Assembly (NCBI GenBank): GCA_977020255.1
Contig: CDROCS010000852.1
Location: 310,001-374,000, forward strand
Direction of reading: 5' to 3'
Length of the DNA: 64,000 nt
DNA from: Obrimoposthia wandeli
Lineage: Eukaryota
This document shows positions 20,501 to 32,320 of this stretch, piece by piece. A program made the position numbers and the translations under genes. How positions within the stretch are numbered: position 1 is the first letter of the stretch; the number at the start of each line of letters is the position of its first letter. The notes beneath the pieces were generated by a model that ran no database searches, was not told where the DNA came from, and saw nothing but the letters and a program-made list of their open reading frames with translations.

Positions 20501-22724
20501 GCTGCGCAACCAGGTGCAGCAGAGCAGCAGTGCCGAAGCAGCGCTGCGCTCCGAGACGCGACAAGCCCGGGTAGAGGTACAAGCAATGCAGACACGACTC
20601 AGCAGTTTGACTGATCGGGCTGCCCGTGAAAAGCAGGCATGTCAGACAATGGAGCGGCGGCTTGCAGAAGAGAAGAATGCCCGACTGGGACTGACCGCTC
20701 GTCTGGAACAGGAGCGCCGACAAAGATTGGAGGACGGCGAGGAGAGACAGCGCGCCATACAGAGTGCTGTGGACGCTGCTGCCAGGTGATTAACATGGAA
20801 ATTATCCGAGGAATTTATAATGATTCAGAATAACTGTTACAACTTCAATTCTTAATAATTCATGAAATACTTTTATTTTGCATGCTTGCATTATCATAAA
20901 CTATTTATTAAAAATCAATAATAAAAATTAGTCTTATAAATAGCATTCAGGATATTAATCTTGCATTCACCAAGATTATCAAACAGCGTTTTGTTTCGCA
21001 GGTCTGCAGATTGCTGTGAATTGTGCCGGAAGCAGCGACGAGAGCTAGAGTCGGAGCTGGCTGCACTGAGGCGGGAGGTGCCGGCCACAGAGGAGCGAGT
21101 TACCACGCTGCTAGCCCAGACCGTAGAGCACGCTGCTCTGGCTCTCAGTGCTGGTGAAGTGCGTGAGCTAAGTGGCAGAATCTGTGCCCTCAAGGACGAG
21201 AACCTACACCTGACTGAGCAGTTGCGCGAGCTCAACAAGATGAAGCAAGAGCTGCTCACCTCATATCACAGCAGTCAGCTTGAGATCAAAGATCTGGACT
21301 GTGAGTGTTTCAGTGCCCACATTCTAGTTTAGGCTTCTAATCTCAAGCAAATTAACATACAATTAGAAAATGTCATTTTTAGTAAGGTTCGAAATGTTAT
21401 TTTAAATATTCTTAATATGATATGTTAGATTCATAATATGGGACGATATTTCTTTCAGTGTCCAGATTTAACATGTTTTGCTGGAGACAAATAAATGAAG
21501 GGTACAAATTAAAAGTCATGTACAGTCAGGATTTTTCGAAAAATGTCGCCAATGCATTATATTTCTTCTATTAAATATTGAAACCTTTTTTGCTGATTGA
21601 AATATATACTTTCAATATCCATTATCAAAATTGGACATTTTAAATCAAATCGGGCAGTTACTTGAATGATTCCATTAAATTGAATGTGTGATTAAAAGTT
21701 ATAGAAAAAGAAATGGAATGTATCAATCACAACAAGTTTCATGCAGTTGTTATTTATAATTTTTAATTTGTATGGCTTAAGAATATTTTTCACGAACTCA
21801 AAAAATCGTTCATTGTGTGCCTCATCAGCAAAAAAAGATAAAGCCGACTGCTCAAAAATGTGTGTGTTAATGGTAGCAACTTTAGGATAAGATATATAAT
21901 ATGATTGATCTGCATGGTCAAAACATGGATGATTCTTTCTACATCGAGTTTCTTCAAAGGATGCACCTGAAGTTTGTTCACCTCCCTCAGAGTATTGGAT
22001 GGAAGAATTCTGTCTGGATTCGGCCGTATGTTTTAGGATAAATTTATTATGTCGAGGTCACGAAACGTTGTTCACCCGGCACGTTTTCCGCCTGACTTTA
22101 ATCTAAAAGAGTTCTGCTATTTTTAAATTTCGAATCTTTGTGAATTCAGCAGAATTTCCTAGTCGAAAGTGAATTAAAAGTTTCCTTTTTGGTGTTTGAG
22201 TCTTGAATCGATTTTTTTCGTTAAAAGTGTAATAATTTGGCAATGTAATTTATAATCATGCTGTAAATAAATATGATTGTTATTTTGGAATTATGACTTA
22301 ATTGTAAATGATCGAAACTTTTCGAACAACCCAAATACAACATCTATTCTAATTCGTCACAATTGATATATTGCAAATAATTTCATATCTTGCCTCAACA
22401 TTTACTAATTTACCAGATATTCTAAAGCGGAAGAACTATCAGATAATGGAGCTGCAGAGCAGGCTAGAAGAACTGGGCCAGCAACAGCAGCTGTACATGA
22501 ACTCCGGCGGCTCTCCATATGCGGTGACGTCATCGGCCTCGACTCCGCCTCCTCAGTCATCAGCAGTGTCTACAATGCCCTCGTCGCCGTTCTACCATCA
22601 CACCAATGCTAGCGCGTCGTCAGTCGCCAACTCTGTGGTGTACTCTCATCAACAGCAGCAACAACAGCAACACAATGGCTCCCAGAGACTGTCCAGCAAT
22701 TCTCCCCTCTACATGCAGCACTGA
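14558..22724 (+). CDS. MACO1: Macoilin (TMEM57) orthologue, 3' six exons: 14558-14624, 16679-17017, 18504-18913, 20438-20785, 21002-21300, 22417-22724
   Basis: IGYPVVTMCFQLKNYVSHKFRL|RRQTEVRRINQFYYELLEKAIP matches macoilin IGYPVVTLGF..KSYVSYKMRLRKQKEVQKENEFY..LL..ALP. Coiled coil DAISK|FEIQLRRLRSEL. All junctions are GT-AG with consistent phases (0,0,2,2,1). The N-terminal exons were not found in the window. Confidence 0.92.
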
Positions 22725-23257
22725 AGAGCCATATACTACAGCAGCTGTAGGTTTTGATCTCTGCTTGAACTCTCACTGCTTCTGCTGCTGCTGCTGCTAA
22801 TGTTGCCACTAATGTCACCCTCTTTTAGTTTCCGTGTCACACATTTCTGACGCCATTGTCTCATCGCTCTCTATCTCTCTATCTGTCTATGTGTACTGCC
22901 GTGCTACTATTAGCATGCTACCAACCGTCTGTATTTGTCAAATGAAGTATATATAATTTATATTGTTATCATCTTTATGGGAAAGTAAGGGTTTTGATTA
23001 GCTTTGTAAATTTGAATTTTCTATCAAGGAAACCCAATGTAAACCACTTAAATCAGGAAAGCTTTTCGTATGTCAATGAACTGCTGATTAATTTTTTTAA
23101 TTGAGAAATTTTCTTTATATTATCCTCGAATAGCAATAGAACAACATAACTGTAGTCCATAATGGAATTTTCATTTGCTTTTAGCTGACAATATACAGCT
23201 GAAATCATCTGAATGTTTTACGTTATATCCATCTGAACTGCTTCTGAATAATCTCTT

Positions 23258-23357
23258 TAAATTATTGAAACTATCTTAAAATTATCAGATATTTTGAGTT
23301 TTTGTGCTAAATTATTGAAACTATCTTAAAATTATCAGATATTTTGAGTTTTTGTGC
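23258..23357. repeat. Perfect 50-bp tandem duplication
   Basis: TAAATTATTGAAACTATCTTAAAATTATCAGATATTTTGAGTTTTTGTGC occurs twice. Confidence 0.9.
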
Positions 23358-25879
23358 TATTATGTTTGGTATCAGTATGTCCAATATAGTTTTCTTATTT
23401 GGCATTGTTAAGTGTTAGGCTCGGTAGAAAATTAGTTGCTGCAACCGCGAATTGAATTGCGAATCTCACTATTTGAAATTAATGCATTCTCCTACTTAAC
23501 TATCGCGGATTGTAATCTACCGATAATACAACTAAGAATTTCTGAATTGAGATTATGCAATGCTTTTTTATTAAAAAAATAATATTAACAGGAATAGAGG
23601 AACATCAAACTGACTAGGAAGTATAATCGAAAATCTTTCCAGATGTGATAAATGAGTTAGAAATTTATTTTAAAATTATTTGCACATGTATTTGCTGAAG
23701 TTTTCCTTGAAATGAAAATTGAGTTGAAAATATATTTAGAAGACATTATCGGCCAAGCCATAACTTATTGTTCTACATAACATAAATTGTTCCCCAAAAC
23801 GGTACTGACATTCTGTTTCTCCGTGTAAATAACATATTTTTCACTGAAAATAGAATCTTTTGCGTAAATTTCATATTTGAATAGAATTTCTTTACAGCAA
23901 TCTGGCATGACTTGAATTTGACCTCTTACAATCACATTTTTGCTGGCTCTATTACTCTATTCTCAGAAAAGTTTTTGAAATATCCAAACATTAAAAATGT
24001 CAAATATTAAGTAGGTCCCAGCTTTATATATTACTTATTATCTATTATCAGCAAGCCATATATGTACGTATTTTTTTATACAGAAAAAGCAAATAGATCT
24101 TCGAATGTAGATGAAAAACGATAGAGATAATTTACGAATTATATTCCACATGAATTGATAACAAAATTTATTTTTATCATAATTGAAACTGCTGTTTTAA
24201 GATGCTAAAATATGCCAAAGCTCAGTGAGATCAAAAGCAAAAATGATACTTCGATCAAAGTCGTTAAGAAAATGATTTCTTTGTCCCAATTTTCGAGAAT
24301 GTGTAGATAAACTAATTAACTAACATTACGACAGGAAGGAACATTATAATATTTCGTCCGACAGCCTTTGATTAAGTAATACTCCCGGCTTTATTTTAAC
24401 GTAGTTTGGAGCAATTCTGAGTTGAGTTGGTGAGTCATCAAGCATGTATGATTAACAAATTAATTATGCGTTTACCAATTGATCTATTTGGTTTTCGAAT
24501 CGGGTCAATTACAAAGGCAGTTAACTTAATTTTATATGTGTTTTGGACTTTTTTGTAATTACCTTTAACATTTGAATGGTTTTTTATGGTTTTGGTTCCA
24601 TTACGTTCTAATATTATTGACACAGATCAATTCATCTGAGAATGTAGTGAAGAAAACATCAACGAAACATCTTCATTTCCTTTACCATCGAGTTCGGGCC
24701 TTGGTTATGTCATATGGCAACATTTTGTAGCTCTACAGTAAAAAATGCAGATGAATAATGATATGGAAACAGTAATTAAAACAATTAGCTTTCGGTGCAC
24801 GAGAGTTAGTTGCCTCCATTGAAGGAACTTAAACTGTGAACGAGAAAATATCAGCTAGTTAAGTACAAGAGCTATGAATGTGTTTAATTAAAACAGTAAA
24901 ATTAAAGTTTAAATGAACCAAAAGAATCCGATTCATTGGCTGCTTTAAAATTATCTCCCGGACCACATAAGATTTCAATTTGCGTTCCTTTTAGACTTAA
25001 ATTGACTAAATTAAATATATAAATGTCGAGAATAGTAAATATTATTGGTTTCGGGTTTGTTTCTCTTTCAGCAACTTAATAAACAATTGCATTTGGGACT
25101 AGTTACAATTATTATCAGTTCCCAATGGTTCAAATGACCGATTCGGACTTCCATTGCCACTTCAGGAAGCAGCGAATTATCTCAGATTTAAAGGTGGGCA
25201 TTCCCTGTGAAGCCAGAGATAACAAAAATACCAAGCCTCAATTCCCAGTCGTGATTACTAATTACCTTCTAAAGCCTTTCAATTTTCTGGAAATGTAATT
25301 ATAATTGGGTTCAAAAAGAAATTGAATCTAACACAAATATTTATTCATCATCACTGAATTTTTAATTTTCTCGTCATTTTGTCTCAAACTAGTTTTTCAT
25401 ATTACTTTCTTCGATGTAACATCATAATCGCTAGTTATTGCGTTATTTACTTTTTGGCTTAAGTGGGTGGATGGGTCCGATCTAATCCAACCCCTACTCC
25501 TCCCCCGGGAGGGCTACAACTGACCTTTGAAACCGTGCATGTGTGTGGAGTGAAATTTTGTGCATGTATGTGTGGAGTGCAATTTCTTATTTGCACTTAT
25601 TTTTTAACTTTGAATTTTACCGCTAATCTCTAAGGTGATTAGAGAAGACCACGGGAATCCATGTTGACCCTTATCGCAGACGAGATTTCAAATAATATGG
25701 TTATATATAATATTACTATATATTACTACTATTTTTAGAAAGATTTTAGATTAATAATTTATGAGATAAAAAAATAGGTAAGATACGAGAAAATACGTTT
25801 AGGTCAGATTTATAGGAGAAAATACAAGTCAAAATTCTTTTCAAAACATTTATTAAATCAAACATAAAAAAACATATTG

Positions 25880-26260
25880 GCTTCACTCAAAATATCCATT
25901 GAGACGTATTGAAATATTCCATAGTTCTTCATCTAAAATTGGAGCAATCAAATATTATAGATCATCTCTAAAAGCCAGACTGGGATCAGTTTCAAGCTGG
26001 AAAGAATTTCCTTCATATACATAAACGGGTATGTAAAATCCCAAATTTTTTTTCAATTGATCAATATCTGATGTTGTTAAATTTTGATGAGATATTTATT
26101 CTCTACTTTTGATATTTTCACAGGATTCATAACTCGTATAATTTGATGCCTCTTTAATATATTACATAGTTTTCCTTTTAAAAATCTTTCTTTATATAAA
26201 AAATTTCCTATATATCTCAGGAGAGGATCCATTCTAAAATAAACATACTGTTTTAAAAAA
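25880..26260 (-). pseudogene. Polinton B ORFan B (degenerate)
   Basis: MDPLLRY...IRVMNPVKISK...[35 protein letters not shown] second copy lies at ~61750-62030. Confidence 0.5.
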
Positions 26261-26411
26261 GAATGTTTATAAAAAATACATATAAGATACAAATATTATG
26301 AAAAAATAAAACTGATTATTAATTGCCAAATGAAAGAAACATAGTAAAAATGAATCAAACCGATTATAATTTATTACATGTAAAATAAAAGAAAAAAGTT
26401 AAAACATAGTT

Positions 26412-26861
26412 TCACATAGGTAACTTTGTTCCAATTTCATCTTTCTTGTAACCATAAAGTCGAATTTTTACAGTCCATTGCTTCTTTTTCGGAAACGCAT
26501 CAACATATATTTCTCTTCCATAGTAATCTAGAAATGCGGCATCAGCTCCTTGGATATAAAATATGTTCTTTTTGAAAATAAACTTTGGAACTGCCTTTTC
26601 AACTTTCTGTATTAGATATTGAAAACTTGGTTTTTGAATATTTGATAGATAATAGCTGAACTTTCTTCTTTCAATTGTCACAGGATTTACTAAAGCAATC
26701 AGTTGAGCCTTCTTCAAGAATCTGACTTTGTATTTGAAATATTGTTTCCCTTCTTCATACATATCCTTATCCGATTCTTCAAACATTTCTAAATCTTCAT
26801 CACGGATTAATATCTGTTGGCTATCGTTCACCATTGATACTTGTCTTTGATATGAATGCAT
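26412..26861 (-). CDS. Polinton B ORFan A (149 aa), paralogue of the degenerate ORFan B at ~25880-26260
   Basis: Open 149 aa. Shares VNPV.I, AF.D..G..I and W...IRLxGY with ORFan B. Confidence 0.5.
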   Translation of the reverse strand: MHSYQRQVSMVNDSQQILIRDEDLEMFEESDKDMYEEGKQYFKYKVRFLKKAQLIALVNPVTIERRKFSYYLSNIQKPSFQYLIQKVEKAVPKFIFKKNIFYIQGADAAFLDYYGREIYVDAFPKKKQWTVKIRLYGYKKDEIGTKLPM

Positions 26862-27126
26862 TTATTATGATTTGTCCTTCAATGACGCATGCTTTATCCA
26901 ATTATAATTTTATACTAATTTATAACAAGGAGACATGAATCCCATTGGTTAATATACTAAAGCATTGAATTTGAGTTGATTAAATCCATATTAAAAATCG
27001 AAATTGATTGGAAGAAATATATTATCCAATTATAATAGATTTGCAAGATATTTACAAGAAATGTGCAATAAAAAAGCAGATTCAGACATGCATAAAGAAG
27101 CATTTACAGAAGACAATTTTATTCCA

Positions 27127-27378
27127 ATGAAACTCGTAAATATAAAATATAAAGGAAGAATAGAATATAATATTTTGTACTTATCATTCAATGAATGGAA
27201 GCCAAGACAATATGGGAAAAGGTTTGATAATTTCACAGTTGTTATTTTTTCCTCAGGTTAATTTTTATTTTATTTTTCATATTGAATTCTTTTAGGATTG
27301 AAAAATTTTGATGATCCAGACATTGTTGATTTGATTTTAGAAAACATATCTTATTACATCTTGTTATCTTTTCTATAA
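27127..27378 (+). pseudogene. TBP-like gene of Polinton B (shortened or interrupted)
   Basis: MKLVNIKYKG...KPRQY...DNFTVVIFSSG aligns to family A MLTNINYKG...RPEQY...KDYTILIF. Downstream ILLGLKNFDD matches VILGLRNLD. A 39-nt GT-AG segment (27257-27295) lies between. Confidence 0.6.
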
Positions 27379-27406
27379 ACAAACCCGTTTAAACTTATTG
27401 TTTTGA

Positions 27407-27679
27407 ATGAATAATACTATAAATAGAGACAATGAAGTGGATCGGCTTGCCGACGAAATATTTTCTGGAAAGATTAGGTGTAAAGAAATTTTATCAGAAT
27501 TAAAAAATAATGATATAACAAGAGATAACATTGAAATATTGGTTAGATCACACGTTATTCGAGAATTTAGAAATCGTACACAAATAAATAAAATTATAGC
27601 CAAATATTCATTAATTAATTTTTGTATTTCATCTACAATAGCTCTAACATTGTACATTTCAATAAGGAAACTTCTATGA
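27407..27679 (+). CDS. 90-aa ORFan with hydrophobic C-terminus
   Basis: Open frame ending YSLINFCISSTIALTLYISIRKLL; no recognisable family. Confidence 0.4.
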   Translation: MNNTINRDNEVDRLADEIFSGKIRCKEILSELKNNDITRDNIEILVRSHVIREFRNRTQINKIIAKYSLINFCISSTIALTLYISIRKLL

Positions 27680-27699
27680 TAATATAAACAATATTAAAA

Positions 27700-28200
27700 A
27701 TGAAAGAGTATATGCAATGGAGCCAAATAATAACCAAAACAAAAATTTGCAAGTTGAAGGGAATAACATATATTGAAGGATTTGATGCAACTTGGTGTGA
27801 AAAATTGAAAAAAGAAGATGTAATAATAATTGATGATTTGTATCAGGAAGCTAACAAGGAATCGGTCTTTAATAATTTATTTACAAAGATTGTAAGAAAT
27901 CGTGAAGTTACAGTTATATTTATCACTCGAAATCTTTTTCACAAAGGAGGTCACCATAGAACAAGAAATCTTAATGTACATTACTTAGTTTTATTTTAAA
28001 ATCCTATAGATCAAACAATTGTTAATTTCGTGGCCAGACAGGCATTTCCCCAAAATAAGAACTTTCTAGTTGATTCATTCCATGATGCTGCTAAACAAGC
28101 ACATGGGTATATATTTATTTACTTTAACAAGCTTGTCCAGATGATTTAAGTGTTTTAACCGACATATTTAATTCTAAGGGAGTAACTGTTTATAAACAAA
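27700..28200 (+). pseudogene. Packaging ATPase of Polinton B, 5'-deleted and frameshifted
   Basis: VIIIDDLYQEANKES...[14 protein letters not shown] is nearly identical to the family A ATPase; Walker A is missing. Confidence 0.9.
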
Positions 28201-28382
28201 TAGAGAACAATCATAAAAGATAAATTTATAATGCCTTTTAAGAAGTTGATAGTAAAACGTAAAACAAAGCCTAATAAATCAAAAAAAGAATCATTAAGAA
28301 AAAAGAAGTGAAAAAATTAATCAAATCTGTAGTTAGAAATAAAAAAAAACTTGAATGGCTTCAAATATAAACAATATTCAAA

Positions 28383-28730
28383 TTGAACCTTTTTATTAAA
28401 ATGAAGAAAATACAAAGAAGCATACCCTATTTTAAAGCTTTAGTCAAAGCCTCTTCTCAAAAGAAAATGATTATTCTTAAAGGATTTCCATTTTTTATTG
28501 CAGATGATTTATTGGAAGTTTTGTATAATATAGTTTTGGGTCGAGTAAAAGTTAGAAATCGGAAAAATATATTAAAGAAATATAGAAAAACTCTTCTAGA
28601 TATTGCTAATGTAAAAAGTAAAAAAAGGAAACGAAATATTATTCTTAAACAGAATGGTGGTTTCATAGGGCCTGTTATTTTAGTAGTTGCTTCAATTATC
28701 ATTAGTATTATAGCTGCGACACGATCATAA
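28383..28730 (+). CDS. Basic core protein homologue (QNGG|F tail), Polinton B
   Basis: SIPYFKALV...GFPFFIADDLLEVL...KQNGGFIG aligns with 6791-7204. Confidence 0.75.
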   Translation: MNLFIKMKKIQRSIPYFKALVKASSQKKMIILKGFPFFIADDLLEVLYNIVLGRVKVRNRKNILKKYRKTLLDIANVKSKKRKRNIILKQNGGFIGPVILVVASIIISIIAATRS

Positions 28731-28758
28731 ACAATTATTTATAAAATCAGCTAAAGAT

Positions 28759-28977
28759 ATGGGTGCTAACCCTTCTTTACCTAAATTTAAATTTTCTTTC
28801 TATTCAAATTGTTGTAATGGAGAAGATATGGTTCAACCCAAAAGATCCAATTGGCTACACAGGAGTTTCAAAATTAGCAAAAAGAACAAAACAAAATTAC
28901 AAGAAAACGCAGAAATGGCTGAGCGACCAGTTAGCCTACAGTCTGAACAAGCCGATGAGAAGAAGGTTTCCAACTAG
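28759..28977 (+). CDS. MG...CC overprinted ORF, Polinton B
   Basis: Homologue of 7304-7477 with the same overlap geometry around the integrase ATG (28817). Confidence 0.6.
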   Translation: MGANPSLPKFKFSFYSNCCNGEDMVQPKRSNWLHRSFKISKKNKTKLQENAEMAERPVSLQSEQADEKKVSN

Positions 28978-29846
28978 AACTTACAAAACCAGCGGTCCTA
29001 ATAATTTATGGCAAATGGATTTGATGGAGATGATCCCATATTCTTCCATTAATAAGGGATATCGATATATTTTAACATGTATTGATGTATTTAGCAGGTT
29101 TGCTCGTGCAATTCCAGTTAAAGCAAAGTCTTCAATAGCTATGCTTGAAGCCATTAAAGAAATATTAAAAGAGGACATTCCACAAAATGTGCAAACTGAT
29201 TTAGGAAAAGAATTTTATAATAAGCAAGTTAAATCTTTATTTAAACAAAATAATATAAATCACTACTCTGTGTTTTCACAGTATAAAGCAGCAGTAGTAG
29301 AAAGATTTAATCGTACTTTAAGAGATAGAATAAAAATGTATTTCACAAAAGAAGGAAATAAAAAATGGATCCAAGTTTTGTCTAAAATAATACATGCATA
29401 TAATCACTCTGAACATAGAAGTCTCAAGGGAATGAGACCTGTTGATGTTACTAATAAATACTCTATGGATATTTGGTTAGACAGGAATAAAAAAGAAAAT
29501 ATTAAAAAAAGTTAAATATAAGAAAAACGAATATGTTCGAATTTCTAAAATTAGCTCTACTTCATTTATTAAAAATTTTTATCCGAATTGGAGCGATGAA
29601 ATATTTTGTATAAGTAAAATTGATCAAAAGAATAATCCAATAATGTATACTATTAAAGATGCTGACAATAATATCGTTCACGGTAAATTTTACGAGCAAG
29701 AACTACAAGTAATATCAAATAAACCTAGCGTTTTCCGTATTCAAAAAATATTAAAATCTAAGGGTACCGGTAAACATAAACAATACTTTGTTAAATGGCA
29801 TGGTTATTCATACCCAACTTGGTTATCAGCATCTAATATAATATGA
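28817..29846 (+). CDS. Integrase-chromodomain of Polinton B; +1 frame break at 29504-29515
   Basis: MEKIWFNPKDP...WQMDL...VQTDLG...VERFNRT. The +1 frame from 29511 reads VKYKKNEYVRISK...YFVKWHGY. Confidence 0.88.
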
Positions 29847-31000
29847 AGTCTATGTATATGATTTTATATAGTAACAGATGCCCGAAGACTCGACAAAATA
29901 ATGACGCTAGTAGCTTTATTATCGATTGGAAATCTCCAAGGAAAATGGGAAGCGGCTTTAACATAATTTTCTTTTTATTATTCTCCAATTACTATCAGAA
30001 AAAAACTCACATATTTCGTTTACAAAAGAATTTAATCATGAAAAAACAACTGAAGTTGTGATAGGGTTTGATAGTAAAAGAAAATTCTATTACAATTGTA
30101 TAGATAAAGAAGTGAAAGTAATATATGAAAATAACAAAGTAAGATTTAAAAATAGATTAAAATATATTTAACTTATTCAATTGACATTTGAATCTTTAAT
30201 AAAAGCTCTTCAATTCGGTTTTGGTTGTTTTGAATGAATGATACTTTGCTTTATGTTCAAATAAAAGTATTAAATCGGGATGGTACTAATTTAGAGGAAA
30301 AGGCCGATGTAACACCTGTAAATTATCTCTTTTATTTTTTTATTTAGTGATGCCATTGTTACTCTTAATAATGTCAAAATTGAAGGTGGAAATTCTTCCT
30401 ATGCTCATAAAGCTTTGATTGAAAGTATATTGAATTATCGTACTGATACTCAAAATACTAATTAGGCAACCATTGGTTATCATAAAACGGCTGCAACTCG
30501 CAAAGAATGGATTGAAAAATCTAAACCTTACGAAATGTGTGGGTCTATGAGATTGAATTTCTTTGAACAACCGAAATATTTAATTCCCTGTGCTAATGTA
30601 CATCTTCGTTTGAAACGTAATAAATGGAATTTTTATTTGATAAGCACAGACTTCTAAAACCTAGACTTGATATTTTGGATGCAAAATTATATGTTCGAAG
30701 AGTTAAAACCGAGCAATCAGTTTTAATGCCACATAATATAGGAATGGAAAAAAACAATGTTTGTTATCCTATCAGAGAAACTAAACTTATAACCTTCTCT
30801 TTAGGTACGGGTACACAAGCTTTTAATAAGGATCAAATTTTGGTGATGTAAGATTACCGAAATTCGTTTTAATTTCTTTTCAAAAAACAGCAAAGCTTCT
30901 AGGAAATTATACAACAGATGTAACTCAATTTGACAATCTTAATGTAGGTTCAGTGACACTTTCAAGAAATATTGATTATCGTGAAACATATAAAACAAAT
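29843..31000 (+). pseudogene. Fragments of minor and major capsid genes, Polinton B
   Basis: MKSMYMILYSNRCP (mCP start), VLNRDGTNL..., FFEQPKYLIP, ILDAKLYVRRVK and CYPIRET align to the family A mCP and MCP; many stops and deletions. Confidence 0.8.
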
Positions 31001-31251
31001 TTCGAAGATAACTTTTTAAACATTTTTTTATTTTAATTATTTTTAAAAACACTACAAAATTAAAATATAAGGGCAAAATAATAAAAAACATAAGACATAA
31101 GAAAATTTTATATACATTTAATAAACAAAATATCACAACGAGATCTGTCAGCAAAGATAAGGCCCAACCTAAAAAAGTATCGAAATAACAAAAAAGTTAG
31201 AGTCAAGGTTCCAAATTAAAAAAAAAATTAAAATTAAAACCGTTTAAATTC

Positions 31252-32320
31252 AAAAGTGTTCATAAGCCAGTCTAACGTTCTTTTCTACACAAAAGCGCTT
31301 GTCGTCATTTCTACTCAAAACAATTTTGTTGTATTATTGGAATGCAGATGGGCGCTTGGAATAAATCTAGTTTGCTCAACGTTTTCAATACACATCATAA
31401 ACTTTCCGATAGGTCTCATGTGTAAGATTGTTTCTTCCCACACCCTTTGCTCTAATTTATTAATAGATGTGTATTATTATGTACATGTATTATTAGATGC
31501 ATGAAAACTATAGAATTTAGTACGTAGGAAAATACAATCATCATACGAAACGTGACCTTCGCTTTCATCCTTAAATTCCCCGATAATATCCTTTAAACTC
31601 ATAGAGTGTAGATTATGACTAACGGGACATGTATGGGTATCAATTAAGTTGTCCCTAAACATTGCCGATAATAATTGATTATCTAAACTAACATTCCTAC
31701 ATTCTAAAAAGAAAGAATCAGTGTCCCCAACTGCGATTTTGATCTCACATTTGAATTCGTGGCGATATTTCTCTAATTCTATATATTGGAGCTCGTACAT
31801 TCTGAGTTTAGAAATGTCTAAAACCGTTTGACCTATATATCGAGACATATACTCAGTTTTCCAAATAACACTGCTACCAGGTCATCTGCAATTGTAAAAC
31901 TACGGTTGAAGTTGTACTTGCTAATATATGCTATTAGTTTACGCTCATCATTGCAAAACCGTAGACAAATACGTTTTTGCAAGTCCTCTATAGATTTTCC
32001 AAAGAGACTATTACTTTTTAACTTGTAAAAATCCCAATCGAATTTGCTAGTGGCCAAATTACGTTTTCTAGAATTCTTCCCAATATAGTCTTTAAACACA
32101 AAGTTTTGACTAAAGCTTATACCACGATGAATTCGAGTGATTTTCGTTCCCAACTTTAAGTAGAATTGAAGAAGCCGCAAAATGCGCCACATAATTCAAC
32201 TTGTCTTCATGTGTTAACAATAATTTCTTAACCTTTGAATTAATTGGACATTAATAAACATGTGCTACTGAAAGATCATCTAATTTATCATGCACATTGG
32301 GAGGGATTTTTAAATCATAT
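31252..32320 (-). pseudogene. pPolB C-terminal half (distinct from the family A and C polymerases)
   Basis: YDLKIPPNVHDKLDDL, YKLKSNSLFGK, YIGQTVLDISKLRMYE, VGDTDS, GEFKDE and DDKR in broken frames. Confidence 0.9.

Larger units (their letters stand above)
25462..32320 (+). mobile_element. Polinton family B, decayed and internally deleted
   Basis: Terminus AGTGGGTGGATG at 25462, followed by ORFans, TBP-like, ATPase, GGF protein, integrase-chromo, mCP start (29843), MCP fragments (30240-31000) and a convergent pPolB fragment. Confidence 0.88.

Noticed and set aside
21973-22110. Possible extra macoilin exon after CCCTCAG
   Set aside because: No frame matches macoilin, and exons 21002-21300 and 22417 already join in phase with colinear homology.
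20451-22818. Alternative-frame and antisense ORFs (20451-20723, 20599-20796, 20639-20833, 20915-21259, 22606-22818)
   Set aside because: Shadows of GC-rich macoilin exons.
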